DNA from: an uncultured marine group III euryarchaeote
GTDB lineage: Archaea; Thermoplasmatota; Poseidoniia; MGIII; CG-Epi1
Assembly: GCA_902627615.1 (NCBI GenBank)
Contig: CACOJW010000001.1
Coordinates: forward strand, 71,342 to 135,341
Length of the DNA: 64,000 nucleotides
Direction of reading: 5' to 3'
Below, piece after piece: positions 1-10,450 of this stretch. The notes under the pieces were generated by a model that saw only the letters and a program-made list of their open reading frames with translations, had not been told where the DNA came from and did not search any database. The position numbers were made by a program, and so were the translations under genes. Each line of letters opens with the position of its first letter. Position 1 is the stretch's first letter.

Positions 1-1
1 T

Positions 2-598
2 AAAAAAGCTAAATTAATAAACTCGAATCAGTCTGATTTTCATTCTAATTTGAAAAGAGGGCCTCAGATTATATCTCCCAAGGATGCGGCTTGGATAATT
101 TACAAGTCCGGTATATCTGCTGGTGATACCGTAATTGAAGCTGGATCAGGTTCAGGTGCTTTGACCTTATCTCTTGTCCAAGCTATCAGTCCCAATGGCA
201 AAGTGATAACTTTTGAGAACAATTCAAAACATTTTAAAATAGCTAACAGAAACATAAAAATGAGTCCTTGGTCAGATTCAGTCGACATTAGGAAAGAGGA
301 ATTGAGTGAAAATACGGAAGCTATTGATGCATCCTCAGTCATATTAGATCTTCCTAAACCTTGGACTCTTGTTAAATGGTCTACGAATTCGTTAAAGATT
401 GGTGGCGTTTTGATATGCTATCTTCCTACAGTTAATCAAGTTCAAACCTTGCTTGAAACTTTAGGCGATTGGGAAGAAATAGAAATTATAGAGAATATCC
501 AAAGATCATGGCAATCTAAAGTAAATGCTTTGAGGCCCCAAAGTAACATGATTGGTCACACTGGCTTTATTGTATCAGCCAGATGGTTGGGTAAATAG
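2..598 (+). CDS. trmI: tRNA (adenine-N1)-methyltransferase, 5'-truncated by the window edge
   Basis: PQIISPKD, SAM-binding EAGSGSGAL, LDLPKPW and GHTGF motifs. The frame is open back to position 2, so the real start lies outside the window. Confidence 0.92.
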   Translation, partial: KKAKLINSNQSDFHSNLKRGPQIISPKDAAWIIYKSGISAGDTVIEAGSGSGALTLSLVQAISPNGKVITFENNSKHFKIANRNIKMSPWSDSVDIRKEELSENTEAIDASSVILDLPKPWTLVKWSTNSLKIGGVLICYLPTVNQVQTLLETLGDWEEIEIIENIQRSWQSKVNALRPQSNMIGHTGFIVSARWLGK

Positions 599-630
599 GC
601 GCAGTATTTTACACACCTTGTTTATGGGTT

Positions 631-1563
631 ATGATGTCAGATGTAAGAGATGTCATAATTATTGGTTCAGGTCCTGCAGGTTATACAGCAGGCCTTTACA
701 CTAGTCGCGCCATGCTTAATCCGTTACTTTTTGCAGGATTTTCTAGTGGTGGTCAATTAATGTTGACAAGTGACGTTGAAAATTTCCCAGGATATCCTAA
801 TGGTATAGAAGGTCCTGAAATGATGATGGAACTTAGATCGCAAGCAGCAAGATTTGGCTGTAAAATCGTTGATAAAAATGTAGATTCCGTAGATTTATCT
901 CAACGTCCTTTTAGGGTAAATGTAGGTACTGAAAGTTATCTTGCAAATTCATTAATAATTACAACGGGAGCTGAAGCAATTTGGTTAAATGCCAAAAATG
1001 AAGAGATACACAAAGGGAGAGGAATTTCTACATGTGCTACTTGTGATGGAGCATTTTTTAGAGACAAAGAGGTAATTGTTATTGGTGGTGGAGATTCTGC
1101 TATGGAAGAAGCTAATTTTCTTACACGATTTTGTAGCAAAGTTACCATAGTACACCGAAGAGAAGGTTTACGCTCATCTCAAATAATGGAAGATAGGGCC
1201 AAAGAAAACCCTAAAATTGAATGGAAATTAAATTATCAAGTTAAATCGTGGTTGGGTTCAGACGGGAATTTTGAAGGTGCTACATTAGTAAATACAAAAA
1301 CTAATGAAGAAGAAGATTTTTCTTGCGATGGAGCATTCATTGCGATAGGACATAAGCCTATTACTTCATTCTTAGACGGACAAGTAGAAACAGACGATCA
1401 CGGTTATATTTTGTGGAAAGAAAATTCAATGACTAGCGTTGCAGGAGTTTTTGCCGGAGGTGACGTTGTAGATACTCGTTATCGCCAAGCAATAACTGCA
1501 GCAGGCATGGGTTGTATGGCTGCCATAGATGCTGAAAGATGGTTGGAAGATAACTTACATTAA
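631..1563 (+). CDS. trxB: Thioredoxin-disulfide reductase
   Basis: GSGPAG FAD motif, CATCDG redox centre, GGGDSAMEEA NADPH motif and RQAITAAG. Confidence 0.97.
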   Translation: MMSDVRDVIIIGSGPAGYTAGLYTSRAMLNPLLFAGFSSGGQLMLTSDVENFPGYPNGIEGPEMMMELRSQAARFGCKIVDKNVDSVDLSQRPFRVNVGTESYLANSLIITTGAEAIWLNAKNEEIHKGRGISTCATCDGAFFRDKEVIVIGGGDSAMEEANFLTRFCSKVTIVHRREGLRSSQIMEDRAKENPKIEWKLNYQVKSWLGSDGNFEGATLVNTKTNEEEDFSCDGAFIAIGHKPITSFLDGQVETDDHGYILWKENSMTSVAGVFAGGDVVDTRYRQAITAAGMGCMAAIDAERWLEDNLH

Positions 1564-1605
1564 TTTAACCTAACACTTTTTAGAACCCCGTATTAATGTG
1601 ATAAT

Positions 1606-2658
1606 GTGCAGCGACAGCTATCCCTATCCAAATCAGAAGACGCCGTTAGTCCCGTAATAGGCACAGTTTTGATTTTGGCAATTATGATTACAATTACAGG
1701 AACTATGCTTGCATGGGGTATTCCACAGATACAGCAAAGCGAAGCATATGCGATTTATACTTCAGCTCAAAATAACCTATTAAATTTCGATGCAGATTTA
1801 GATCATGTTATTATTCAAGGAGAAGGTGCATCTCGAACTTCCACAGTTTCGTTTAGTTCAGGTTCTTTCGTTGAGAGGTCAAATCTTGATGAAATTAGAT
1901 ATTATTATACAACAGTACCTTGGTCAAATCCTAAAATAGTAGGTGTCGAGAATGGAGTTACTAGATTTGCAATGACAGATGAATCATTTGTCGTTTCAGA
2001 TTATAGGATAACTATAACCTATCCTAATGGCACAGAGTGGACAGGTACAACTTCAGATAACTTAGTTACAGGTTTTCCTGCATTGGTTTATGGTGTTGAT
2101 GTTACCTATACAAGCACTACTAACGATACGCAAGTTGGTGGCTTTTTCATTTATGGTACTGATTCCTTATCTTACAGATATTCATCCGTTTCAGGAGTTT
2201 TTAAGATGCGAATGTTTAATGGAGGTATAGTTTCAAAAGAGCCAGGCGGTCCGTTTTTTGTTACTTCAAAACCTTTAATTTACACAGTATCTGATTCAGA
2301 TTCTTATGATTCTTTTACAATTTATCAAACAGATTATAACATGTCTTCATCATCTAAAAGTTTAACAGCAGGTAATTTCATATTTGATGCACGGAATCAA
2401 GGCGGTAATGATAATCTAGTTGAAGTCTACAGCATAAGAATTGGTTTTAGTGGCGACAGTTCAACAGCTCTCCAAACATACTATACTTCGACAGCTAATA
2501 ATTTAGGTTTTAAAAGAGCAATTTTTTCATTCACACCCTCCGAATCCTTGATTGGAACGAGTCTGGGGTTTGAAGAAGATGTAACTTACACACAAGCAAC
2601 GCCTTTTGATTTTAGGATATTAGAGAGAACAATCAATGTCAAATTTAACTTACGATGA
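1606..2658 (+). CDS. Archaeal type IV pilin-like protein (large)
   Basis: Class III signal peptide EDA/VSPVIG followed by a hydrophobic helix. First gene of the pilus operon. Confidence 0.8.
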   Translation: MQRQLSLSKSEDAVSPVIGTVLILAIMITITGTMLAWGIPQIQQSEAYAIYTSAQNNLLNFDADLDHVIIQGEGASRTSTVSFSSGSFVERSNLDEIRYYYTTVPWSNPKIVGVENGVTRFAMTDESFVVSDYRITITYPNGTEWTGTTSDNLVTGFPALVYGVDVTYTSTTNDTQVGGFFIYGTDSLSYRYSSVSGVFKMRMFNGGIVSKEPGGPFFVTSKPLIYTVSDSDSYDSFTIYQTDYNMSSSSKSLTAGNFIFDARNQGGNDNLVEVYSIRIGFSGDSSTALQTYYTSTANNLGFKRAIFSFTPSESLIGTSLGFEEDVTYTQATPFDFRILERTINVKFNLR

Positions 2659-3112
2659 TTCTGCAGCTTCAGAGTTAATTGGCTATGTATACACAGCCTC
2701 AATCTCTGTCTTAATTTTGTCCTCGATGATGCTCACTTCAAGCACTATGTTAAATGGAAATATAGCTAATACAGCTCAAGAAGAGGCTGAAGAAATTGCA
2801 CATTATTACCAATTAGGAATTGAAGATCTTTTGAATACTGTTAGAGAGTATCCTGGTTCTTCTCCTACAATTCGCTTAGAGTTTGGAATTGAATCTATTA
2901 ATCATGGAATACAATATCAAGTGAATGGTACTGAAACTGGGCTCAAAGTTACTACGATACAGCCTCGCGGAGGGAGTTTTGAAGTGACTTTTCCATTAGA
3001 GCCTGCAACAGCAATTCAGACAGATACTGGCAAATCTCTAACTTCGACTACTTCTTATATACTCGCTTACTATGATGAGAATCTGAAGGTTGTTAAGTTA
3101 ACCAAGGAATGA
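2636..3112 (+). CDS. Pilin-like protein
   Basis: DDSA/ASELIG class III-like N-terminus with a hydrophobic segment; operon context. Confidence 0.7.
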   Translation: MSNLTYDDSAASELIGYVYTASISVLILSSMMLTSSTMLNGNIANTAQEEAEEIAHYYQLGIEDLLNTVREYPGSSPTIRLEFGIESINHGIQYQVNGTETGLKVTTIQPRGGSFEVTFPLEPATAIQTDTGKSLTSTTSYILAYYDENLKVVKLTKE

Positions 3113-3116
3113 TACG

Positions 3117-5345
3117 ATGAGTGCATCTAAAGAAACCTTAGACGCAGGGTCCAACTTACTTGGAGAAGAAGAACAAATTGATGAATCAAAACTTTCTTGG
3201 TTACAGAGGCGTAGGCTTAGGAAAAAGAGAGCTGCAGCTAAGAAAGATGGTGTCATTCATGACTTGGTAATGGATGATATAGAGATAGGTGAAGATTTTG
3301 AAGAGTTAGATACTTATCCTGTTTATCCTCCTTTTTCTTACGTAAGAGTATTATTTGACAAGCGAGATTATTCTAGATTTTATTATGTTGTCGAACCCAA
3401 GGCAACTAAGCAAGAGCAAGAAGATTTGGATACAATTAAGGAAGTTCTTCAGCGAGCACTTAACATAAATCGCGAGACTCTTGATGAATCACAAGAAGAT
3501 TTTCTCAAGCAGGCAGTTGATGACATTTTAGATAGTTACAGGCTGAAGTCTCGCAAAAGTAACCGTGCTAAGATTCATTATTTCATTGAAAGGGATTTGA
3601 TTGGTTACGGTAAAATCGATACCATGATGAGAGATCCAAATATCGAAGATGTTTCTTGTGACGGTCCAGGAGTTGAAATTTTCGTTTATCATCGTCGTTT
3701 TGAGTCATTAAGAACTAATGTAATGTGGGAAGATGAATTAGAATTAGAACAATATATAATACGTATGGCTCAACGTTGTGGTAAGCACATTTCTATTGCA
3801 GAACCGTTATTGGATGCAACATTAATGGATGGGTCACGTATAGTGATGACTCTTGGCAGAGAAGTGTCAACTAAGGGTTCTACGTTCACAATTCGGCGTT
3901 TTAGAGATGAACCTTTTACTCCTGTTGATTTATTAGAATTTAAAACGTTTTCATCTATGCAAATTGCATTCTTTTGGTTGGCAATGCAATATGGTATGTC
4001 TATGTTATTTGTCGGCGGAACAGCTTCAGGTAAAACAACATCTCTGAATGCATGTTCACTTTTCCTTCCATGGCAACATAAAATTGTCAGTATTGAAGAA
4101 ACTCGAGAGTTGAATTTACCTCATCCAAATTGGATTCCAGGTTGTACAAGACAGGGTTTTGGTGGTGAAGGTAGCGCAACAGGTGGAAAAGCGGCTGGAG
4201 AAGTTGACATGTATGATTTATTGAGAGCAGCTCTTCGTGAGCGTCCTGAATATATTATTGTAGGAGAAATTCGTGGTGCTGAAGCTTATGTTCTTTTCCA
4301 GGCAATGGCAACAGGTCACACAACATATTCCACTTTCCACGCCGATTCAATTCAAAGTTTAGTGCATCGTCTTGAGAATAAACCAATTGAAATTCCTCGT
4401 GTTTTGATTCCAGCCTTAGATGGAATATCAATTCAGATTCAAACGCGTGTGGGTGGTAAACGTGTACGAAGGAATAAAGGAATTATTGAAATCATTGGAA
4501 TAGATCCGCACTCTCATGAATTGCTTACAAATGAGGCTTTCAGATGGGACAATACGGTAGATGAGTTTGTTTTTACCGGTAAATCTTATATTTTTGAAAA
4601 AATTATGATGAAAGCTAATCTCAATCGTGTTGAGATTATGGATGAGACCAAGAGAAGACAATTAGTTATTGAATGGTGTTTGAAGAAAGGAATCAGAGAT
4701 TACAAAGATTTTGCCCGCGTAGTTGCAGAGTACTATGTACACCCTGAGGATGTAATGAGGCAAGTTTACGAAGACATGCAAGTTGGAGGCAAGAAACGCC
4801 GTCGTAAGGTAGAAGATCGTGATTTAGATTTATCACGTGAAGATGACGAAGTTGATGTTGGAGATTTTCCGCCTAAAGTTAGGCAAAAATATCAAAAGCG
4901 TGAAGCAAAAGAGCAGGCAACTCGAGCTAAAAACGATGCTAAAATTTCACAAACTGATGATCCAACTAAGCGATCTAAGTTAATTGCAAATGAAGAAACT
5001 AGAAGAGAAAAAATAGAGATAAAACTCCAAAACGATTTGTTAAAGGATCAAGCTTACTATGTTCCACTTAAACAATTGACTCCACTGGCTAAAGATATTG
5101 ACTTAGGTGACGTATCCTCTTTGAATGAGGTTGAAGGTAGAAGGATGTTGAATAATGTTCGTTCAGAACTTAATAAAAGATCCAAATCAGCTGCAAAGAT
5201 TGAAAAATTAGAAGGAGATAAACGATCAAAGGCAGTTGAAAATGAAGAAGCTCGGATTGCTAAGGCGTTGGTAAGTCTGAAATCAAGTTTAGCTAGCAGA
5301 GTTCAACGTTCCGCTAATCCACGTTGGTGGCACAAATGGCTCTGA
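3117..5345 (+). CDS. Type II/IV secretion system ATPase (PilB/FlaI/VirB11-like) with charged C-terminal extension
   Basis: Walker A GGTASGKTT, SIEETREL, LRERPEYIIVGEIRG and His box GHTTYSTFHA. Confidence 0.93.
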   Translation: MSASKETLDAGSNLLGEEEQIDESKLSWLQRRRLRKKRAAAKKDGVIHDLVMDDIEIGEDFEELDTYPVYPPFSYVRVLFDKRDYSRFYYVVEPKATKQEQEDLDTIKEVLQRALNINRETLDESQEDFLKQAVDDILDSYRLKSRKSNRAKIHYFIERDLIGYGKIDTMMRDPNIEDVSCDGPGVEIFVYHRRFESLRTNVMWEDELELEQYIIRMAQRCGKHISIAEPLLDATLMDGSRIVMTLGREVSTKGSTFTIRRFRDEPFTPVDLLEFKTFSSMQIAFFWLAMQYGMSMLFVGGTASGKTTSLNACSLFLPWQHKIVSIEETRELNLPHPNWIPGCTRQGFGGEGSATGGKAAGEVDMYDLLRAALRERPEYIIVGEIRGAEAYVLFQAMATGHTTYSTFHADSIQSLVHRLENKPIEIPRVLIPALDGISIQIQTRVGGKRVRRNKGIIEIIGIDPHSHELLTNEAFRWDNTVDEFVFTGKSYIFEKIMMKANLNRVEIMDETKRRQLVIEWCLKKGIRDYKDFARVVAEYYVHPEDVMRQVYEDMQVGGKKRRRKVEDRDLDLSREDDEVDVGDFPPKVRQKYQKREAKEQATRAKNDAKISQTDDPTKRSKLIANEETRREKIEIKLQNDLLKDQAYYVPLKQLTPLAKDIDLGDVSSLNEVEGRRMLNNVRSELNKRSKSAAKIEKLEGDKRSKAVENEEARIAKALVSLKSSLASRVQRSANPRWWHKWL

Positions 5346-6280
5346 CCGGATTTGAAACTTTTAGCAGGATTATTTTCGGTTGGTTAGGCCGTTTATTAAC
5401 TAAAGATTCTATAGGGTTAAAAAATCAGTTAGTTAAGGCAAGAATTCCTCTCTTACCTGAAGATTATGTTGCAACTTCAGTCATGCAGGTTGTTACGGCA
5501 TTTATCGTAGGAGTTTTGTTAGTCCTTGGTATTTCAGGTTTTTTAATTCCTCAAGTTATAGAAACTCTCCCGGCTCCTGGAGGAGAAGAAGGTGAAACAA
5601 TTAATGTTCAGAGAATTCACGAGGTTGTTATTGCCGTATTTTTATGTATAGTCATTCCTCTTTTGATAGCTTTAGTTCAATGGTTGACACCAGCTCTTCT
5701 AGAAAGTAGTAGAGGGACTAATATGGATAGGCAGTTACCTTTCGCAGCCAGTTACGTTTCGGCAATGGCTGCAGCCAATGCAACTCCAACTCAAACTTTC
5801 AAGTCACTTGCTAGAAATGAAGATATTTATGGTGAAATATCAGTAGAAGCTGCCTGGATTTTCCACAGCATGGAATTCATGGGCAGAGATTTAGTTACAA
5901 CTTTAAAGGAAGCTGTTGAACGTACTCCTTCAGAAAGGTTTGCAGAATTCATCCAAGGAATTATTGGTACTGTAACTTCAGGAGGTAACTTGAAGTTATA
6001 TTTCCTGAACAGGTCAGAATATTATGCGCAACAGAATAGAGTTCACGTAAAAGACGTTTTACAGCAAATGGCACTTTTCTCAGAAGCATATGTTGTTGTT
6101 GCGGTAGCTCTTCCTATTTTTGCCATGATTATCGCGGTCATTACCTTTTGGGTTTCTGGTGCAGGGATGCAGCTTGAAGAAATTCATATGTATCTATTAG
6201 TCTTTGGAGGCTTTCCAATAATTCAATTAATTTTTTCAGGTTTATTCTTTTCATTGAGTCAGGAGGTCTCGACGGACTAA
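5336..6280 (+). CDS. Type II secretion system F / PilC (TadC-like) membrane platform protein
   Basis: Multiple TM helices and a DRQLPFA...YGEIS...RTPSERFAEF T2SSF pattern. ATG at 5336 is preferred to GTG at 5324. Confidence 0.88.
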   Translation: MALTGFETFSRIIFGWLGRLLTKDSIGLKNQLVKARIPLLPEDYVATSVMQVVTAFIVGVLLVLGISGFLIPQVIETLPAPGGEEGETINVQRIHEVVIAVFLCIVIPLLIALVQWLTPALLESSRGTNMDRQLPFAASYVSAMAAANATPTQTFKSLARNEDIYGEISVEAAWIFHSMEFMGRDLVTTLKEAVERTPSERFAEFIQGIIGTVTSGGNLKLYFLNRSEYYAQQNRVHVKDVLQQMALFSEAYVVVAVALPIFAMIIAVITFWVSGAGMQLEEIHMYLLVFGGFPIIQLIFSGLFFSLSQEVSTD

Positions 6281-7563
6281 TGGGAATAAAGGGTAATTTA
6301 CAAAAGAAAGTTTACAAGGACCGCCGTACCGGAGTCAAGAGGCGCTGGATGGAATATTGGAAGGTTCGCCAGTGGTTAAATGTCAGGGATAAAACTACTG
6401 ATTGGGGTCCAGTCATTGTAGTTTTCTTCTCTATAATTTTAGCAATTTTCTTTTTTGCTATAGCCAACATAAATCATGAGAGCGATAAATCAACATTGAT
6501 GGTCGACTCTGACAGAGATAAGCAATTTGATAATCCTTGGCACATGAATGATGGCCGTTTCTCTTTTACATTTGGAGGAGAAGGAAAAAACGATAATGGT
6601 GTAGAAATTGGTGCATCAAATAATGTAAATGATCCAAACAAAGTTTGTACGATAGATAAAGCAGGATGCATTATGCCTCTTAATTTATTTGGTTTAAATT
6701 CAAATGAGACAAGAGATTTAGATCCTGCAGTAGATGGCATTGAAAATGAAATGACTGCAACTATTTGGTTGCGTAGTTATCCTGAGGTTTCAGCAATTGA
6801 CTACATAACCTTTGGACTAGTTTCACTCATGCTTCCTTATGGAATTTATGGTTGGCGTAGAGATCAAATTAGAGCACGCGTTGAGGAAAAATTTCCAGAT
6901 TTTTTACGCGACTTAGCAGAATATTGGAAAGGTGGTCTAAGTATGACAGTTGCAATCCAAACTTTAGCTAAAGGAGAATATGGTAATCTAAATGACGAGG
7001 TTAACAAAATGGCTTCACAAATTTCTTGGGGAGTTTCTTTTGGTGAAGTTTTAGAGATGTTTACAGAAAGAGTCACTTCTCCGATTGTGACTAGAGCCGT
7101 TAGAATGGTTGACGAAGCAAATCGTGCCGGAGGTCGTATTTCCGATATTTTGTTAGCAGCATCATATGATGCTAAAGAAATTAAGGCATTAGAGACGGAA
7201 AGAAGGCAGGAAGTGGGAAGTTACGTTACAGTTATTTATGCGTCTTTTTTCGTTTACTTAGGTATTATTTTAGTTTTAGCAAGTACTTTTATTCCAGCAA
7301 TTGTTGACTCTTCAGCAACTACAGGTGGAGGAAGTATGTCGATTGGTAATTTAACAATTAGAGAGATGAATGAAGTTTGGATTTCAACTATGTTTCTGTA
7401 TAGTTTAATGGTTCAAGGCATGGGTAATGGTCTTGCAGCAGGCTTTATGTCAACGGGAAGATTATACTCAGCATTTCTTCGGGCCTCATTCCTATTACTA
7501 TTGGGATGGTTTATTTTTGAACTAACAGGAATTGCAACTTCTATGATTACACCTCAGATTTGA
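6280..7563 (+). CDS. Second T2SS-F / PilC membrane platform protein
   Basis: EEKFPDFLRDLAE...GEYGNL...ISWG T2SSF pattern with TM helices; TAATG coupling to the previous gene. Confidence 0.88.
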   Translation: MGIKGNLQKKVYKDRRTGVKRRWMEYWKVRQWLNVRDKTTDWGPVIVVFFSIILAIFFFAIANINHESDKSTLMVDSDRDKQFDNPWHMNDGRFSFTFGGEGKNDNGVEIGASNNVNDPNKVCTIDKAGCIMPLNLFGLNSNETRDLDPAVDGIENEMTATIWLRSYPEVSAIDYITFGLVSLMLPYGIYGWRRDQIRARVEEKFPDFLRDLAEYWKGGLSMTVAIQTLAKGEYGNLNDEVNKMASQISWGVSFGEVLEMFTERVTSPIVTRAVRMVDEANRAGGRISDILLAASYDAKEIKALETERRQEVGSYVTVIYASFFVYLGIILVLASTFIPAIVDSSATTGGGSMSIGNLTIREMNEVWISTMFLYSLMVQGMGNGLAAGFMSTGRLYSAFLRASFLLLLGWFIFELTGIATSMITPQI

Positions 7564-7581
7564 TTTGAGAGGCAACTTATT

Positions 7582-8034
7582 ATGAAAAATACAAAGGGGC
7601 AAATGCACGTGCTTGAAGTCCTTTTAGTAGCTACGTTGTTTACATCTACAGTTAATGTTGCAGTTAATGTTTTACCAACTAGTGATGCCAATAATGTCGA
7701 TGAATATGATTTATATTTCTCAGGATTAGAAATTCTCGAAGTTTTAGATGAATGGGTACCTTCAGATCCGCCTACAGCTGAAGCTCATCATGATTCAACA
7801 TTGTCTTGGTGGTTAGCAACTGAGAATTTTGAATCTATAAAGCAGTATCTCGATGCAGGTCTTTCTTCCTCTATATCTTATAGGTTGGAAGGTGCGCATG
7901 GCTCAGAGTCGGAAGTAATAGTTGATAGAGTAGTGCCTGGAGGCTCAGTTTCCCAAACATTTAGATTAGTTTGGGCAGGGGATGAACTTTGGGAATTAAA
8001 TTTACAGCTATGGTATGGATATAGAGAGGATTAA
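7582..8034 (+). CDS. Pilin-like protein
   Basis: KG/QMHVLE class III signal followed by a hydrophobic helix. Confidence 0.7.
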   Translation: MKNTKGQMHVLEVLLVATLFTSTVNVAVNVLPTSDANNVDEYDLYFSGLEILEVLDEWVPSDPPTAEAHHDSTLSWWLATENFESIKQYLDAGLSSSISYRLEGAHGSESEVIVDRVVPGGSVSQTFRLVWAGDELWELNLQLWYGYRED

Positions 8035-8423
8035 TGAACAATAAAGCTCAACTTCTTTTAGTTTCAGGACTTCTTATGTCTATTACTTTAATTGCTGTTA
8101 CCAGTTCAATATCGCATTCAGTTAACATAGGGAGCCACCAAGGTGAAAAGCACGATATTACTCCAATAATAAGTTCATTGGAGAATAGTTTTCCTTTAGC
8201 TTTAGAGCATGAGGTAGATAGTGCCACAGAAGGAGTCTCTTTATCAGAATCCTTCGAAGAAGTTGCGCAGACTTTTGAATCTATTTTGATATCTAGAGGA
8301 TACTCCTCTTCTTTTATTTTGGTTACAGCTTCAGAGCAAGATGGAACTCATACATTTGTTTACAGCTATATTTTAAGCGATGGAGCTATGGGAATTGAAA
8401 TTGATAAGACAATTACGTTTTAA
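8034..8423 (+). CDS. Pilin-like protein
   Basis: KA/QLLLVSG class III signal followed by a hydrophobic helix; TAATG coupling. Confidence 0.7.
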   Translation: MNNKAQLLLVSGLLMSITLIAVTSSISHSVNIGSHQGEKHDITPIISSLENSFPLALEHEVDSATEGVSLSESFEEVAQTFESILISRGYSSSFILVTASEQDGTHTFVYSYILSDGAMGIEIDKTITF

Positions 8424-8424
8424 T

Positions 8425-8739
8425 TTATTCTTCTGAAGAAACTAATGAAGTCATTGCTCTTCTGAACATTCCTCCAAAGCCTAGAAAACTGGTTATAAGC
8501 ATTCCAACGAACATGACAATGTAACTGAGATAAAGCTGATCAAGTTGTTCATCATAGTCTGCAGGTATTTGACCATCTTTAAGTCCTAGTAATCTAACTA
8601 AGCCTAGTATAAATCCTGCGACAATTAAAATAAAACCAAATCCCATAATCATTTCAGTTGCGGTTAATCCACCTTCGGAAGGATCAGGTCTACCTTTGAA
8701 TTCTTCAAAGTTTTCACCGTTATCATTATCGTCTGACAT
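8425..8739 (-). CDS. Hypothetical membrane protein (2 TM)
   Basis: 104-aa ORF with an acidic N-terminus and two hydrophobic helices; fills the gap downstream of pyrG. Confidence 0.7.
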   Translation of the reverse strand: MSDDNDNGENFEEFKGRPDPSEGGLTATEMIMGFGFILIVAGFILGLVRLLGLKDGQIPADYDEQLDQLYLSYIVMFVGMLITSFLGFGGMFRRAMTSLVSSEE

Positions 8740-8769
8740 AATAACGCCAGATATTACAGCTTAATAAGC

Positions 8770-10371
8770 TTACCCTGATTTTTTACTATCCAATGCAGCT
8801 TTTACAAGACCTAAATGTAGAGGGGATGGCGCATCGGGCCTCGATTTAAATTCAGGGTGGAATTGGGAAGCCACAAAATAGGGATGCCCTTCAAGTTCTA
8901 ATATTTCCATTCTTCTTCCACTTACATCTCTCCCTGTATATTTCATACCCTTTTCTTCAATTTTTGAAATATACTCAGGATTGATTTCATATCTATGTCT
9001 GTGCCTTTCAAAAATAGTACTATTTCCATATAGTTCTTTTGCAATTCCCTTAGAAATCTTAACTTCATGATCTCCCAGTCGCATAGTTGCACCCATATCT
9101 TTTACACCTTCTTGTTCAGGTAAAATATCTATGACTGGATGCTTACTATCAGGATCTAGCTCGAATGAGTTTGCGTTTTTTAATCCTAATACATTTCTAC
9201 AAAACTCTACCGTCGCTAATTGAAATCCAAAGCAGACTCCCAAATAAGGAATTTGATTTGTTCTTGCCCAACCTGCGGCCATAATTTTGCCTTCAGACCC
9301 TCTGCTTCCAAATCCTCCGGGAACTAAGACTCCATTTACGCCTTCTAGCGATTTAGTTGTTTTAGAATCTTCTAAATCAGGAGCTTCAATCCACCTAATA
9401 TTAACTTTACAACCAAGAACTGCTCCCGCATACCTCAGTGTTTCTTCGTGAGAGATGTAGGAATCTTTCAATGCAGTATATTTTCCAATTATAGCAATTT
9501 CTACTTCTTCACCACCATTTGTTATTCTTTCAACAAAGTCTTTCCATTTAGTAACGTCTGGTTTTTTAGTTTTTAATCCAAGTCTATTCTCGATTAGTTC
9601 AGGAACTTTCTGCTCCAAAAAGATTAGTGGTACTTCATAGATACTTTTTGCATTAGGAGCTGAGATGACGGCTTCTCTTGGTATGTCAGCAAAAAAAGCT
9701 ATTTTCGAAGCAATATCTTCGTCTAACTTTTCTTCGCTTCTACCGACAATTACATCAGGTCTAATTCCAAGTCCCTGTAGCTCTTTTACAGAGTGTTGTG
9801 TAGGTTTTGTTTTTTGTTCACCAACAGCGCCAAGAACAGGTACTAGTGTGGTATGAATAAACATTACATTTTCTTTTCCTTCTTCTCTACCTAATAGTCT
9901 TGCAGCTTCCATGAAGGGCATAGATTCAATATCGCCTACGGTTCCTCCCAATTCAACTACACAAACATCTGCTTTTGCATTTTGAGCAGCATGCTTTATT
10001 CCATCCACTATTTCTCTAACTATATGTGGGATTATCTGGACGGTTTGGCCCAAATAATCGCCTCTCCTTTCTTTTTCTATAACTTTTTTGAAAACTTTAC
10101 CAGTAGTTATGTTGTGATCACTAGTTAAATTACATTTGAGAAATCTTTCATAATTGCCAAGGTCTAAATCTACTTCAGCACCGTCAGTCATTACGAATAC
10201 TTCACCATGCTCATATGGATTCATTGTTCCAGCATCAACATTTAGATAGGGATCAATTTTTACTGCAGTCACTTCGTAGCCTGCACATTGTAATAGAAGG
10301 CCTGCTGAAGAAGAGGTTACGCCTTTACCTAGGCCTGAAAGAACTCCGCCGGTTACAATTATGTATTTCAT
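8770..10371 (-). CDS. pyrG: CTP synthase
   Basis: [33 protein letters not shown] and glutaminase motifs GVCFG and QFHPE. Confidence 0.98.
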   Translation of the reverse strand: MKYIIVTGGVLSGLGKGVTSSSAGLLLQCAGYEVTAVKIDPYLNVDAGTMNPYEHGEVFVMTDGAEVDLDLGNYERFLKCNLTSDHNITTGKVFKKVIEKERRGDYLGQTVQIIPHIVREIVDGIKHAAQNAKADVCVVELGGTVGDIESMPFMEAARLLGREEGKENVMFIHTTLVPVLGAVGEQKTKPTQHSVKELQGLGIRPDVIVGRSEEKLDEDIASKIAFFADIPREAVISAPNAKSIYEVPLIFLEQKVPELIENRLGLKTKKPDVTKWKDFVERITNGGEEVEIAIIGKYTALKDSYISHEETLRYAGAVLGCKVNIRWIEAPDLEDSKTTKSLEGVNGVLVPGGFGSRGSEGKIMAAGWARTNQIPYLGVCFGFQLATVEFCRNVLGLKNANSFELDPDSKHPVIDILPEQEGVKDMGATMRLGDHEVKISKGIAKELYGNSTIFERHRHRYEINPEYISKIEEKGMKYTGRDVSGRRMEILELEGHPYFVASQFHPEFKSRPDAPSPLHLGLVKAALDSKKSG

Positions 10372-10450
10372 TTAACTCAACGGACTAATACATGTTAACA
10401 GGACTCTATAAGGCCGATGGTTCACTTAAACCCCTATCTTATGATATCAT

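Noticed and set aside
1606-8423. Archaellum operon
   Set aside because: No archaellin, FlaH or FlaF/G signatures, and two separate PilC-like genes.
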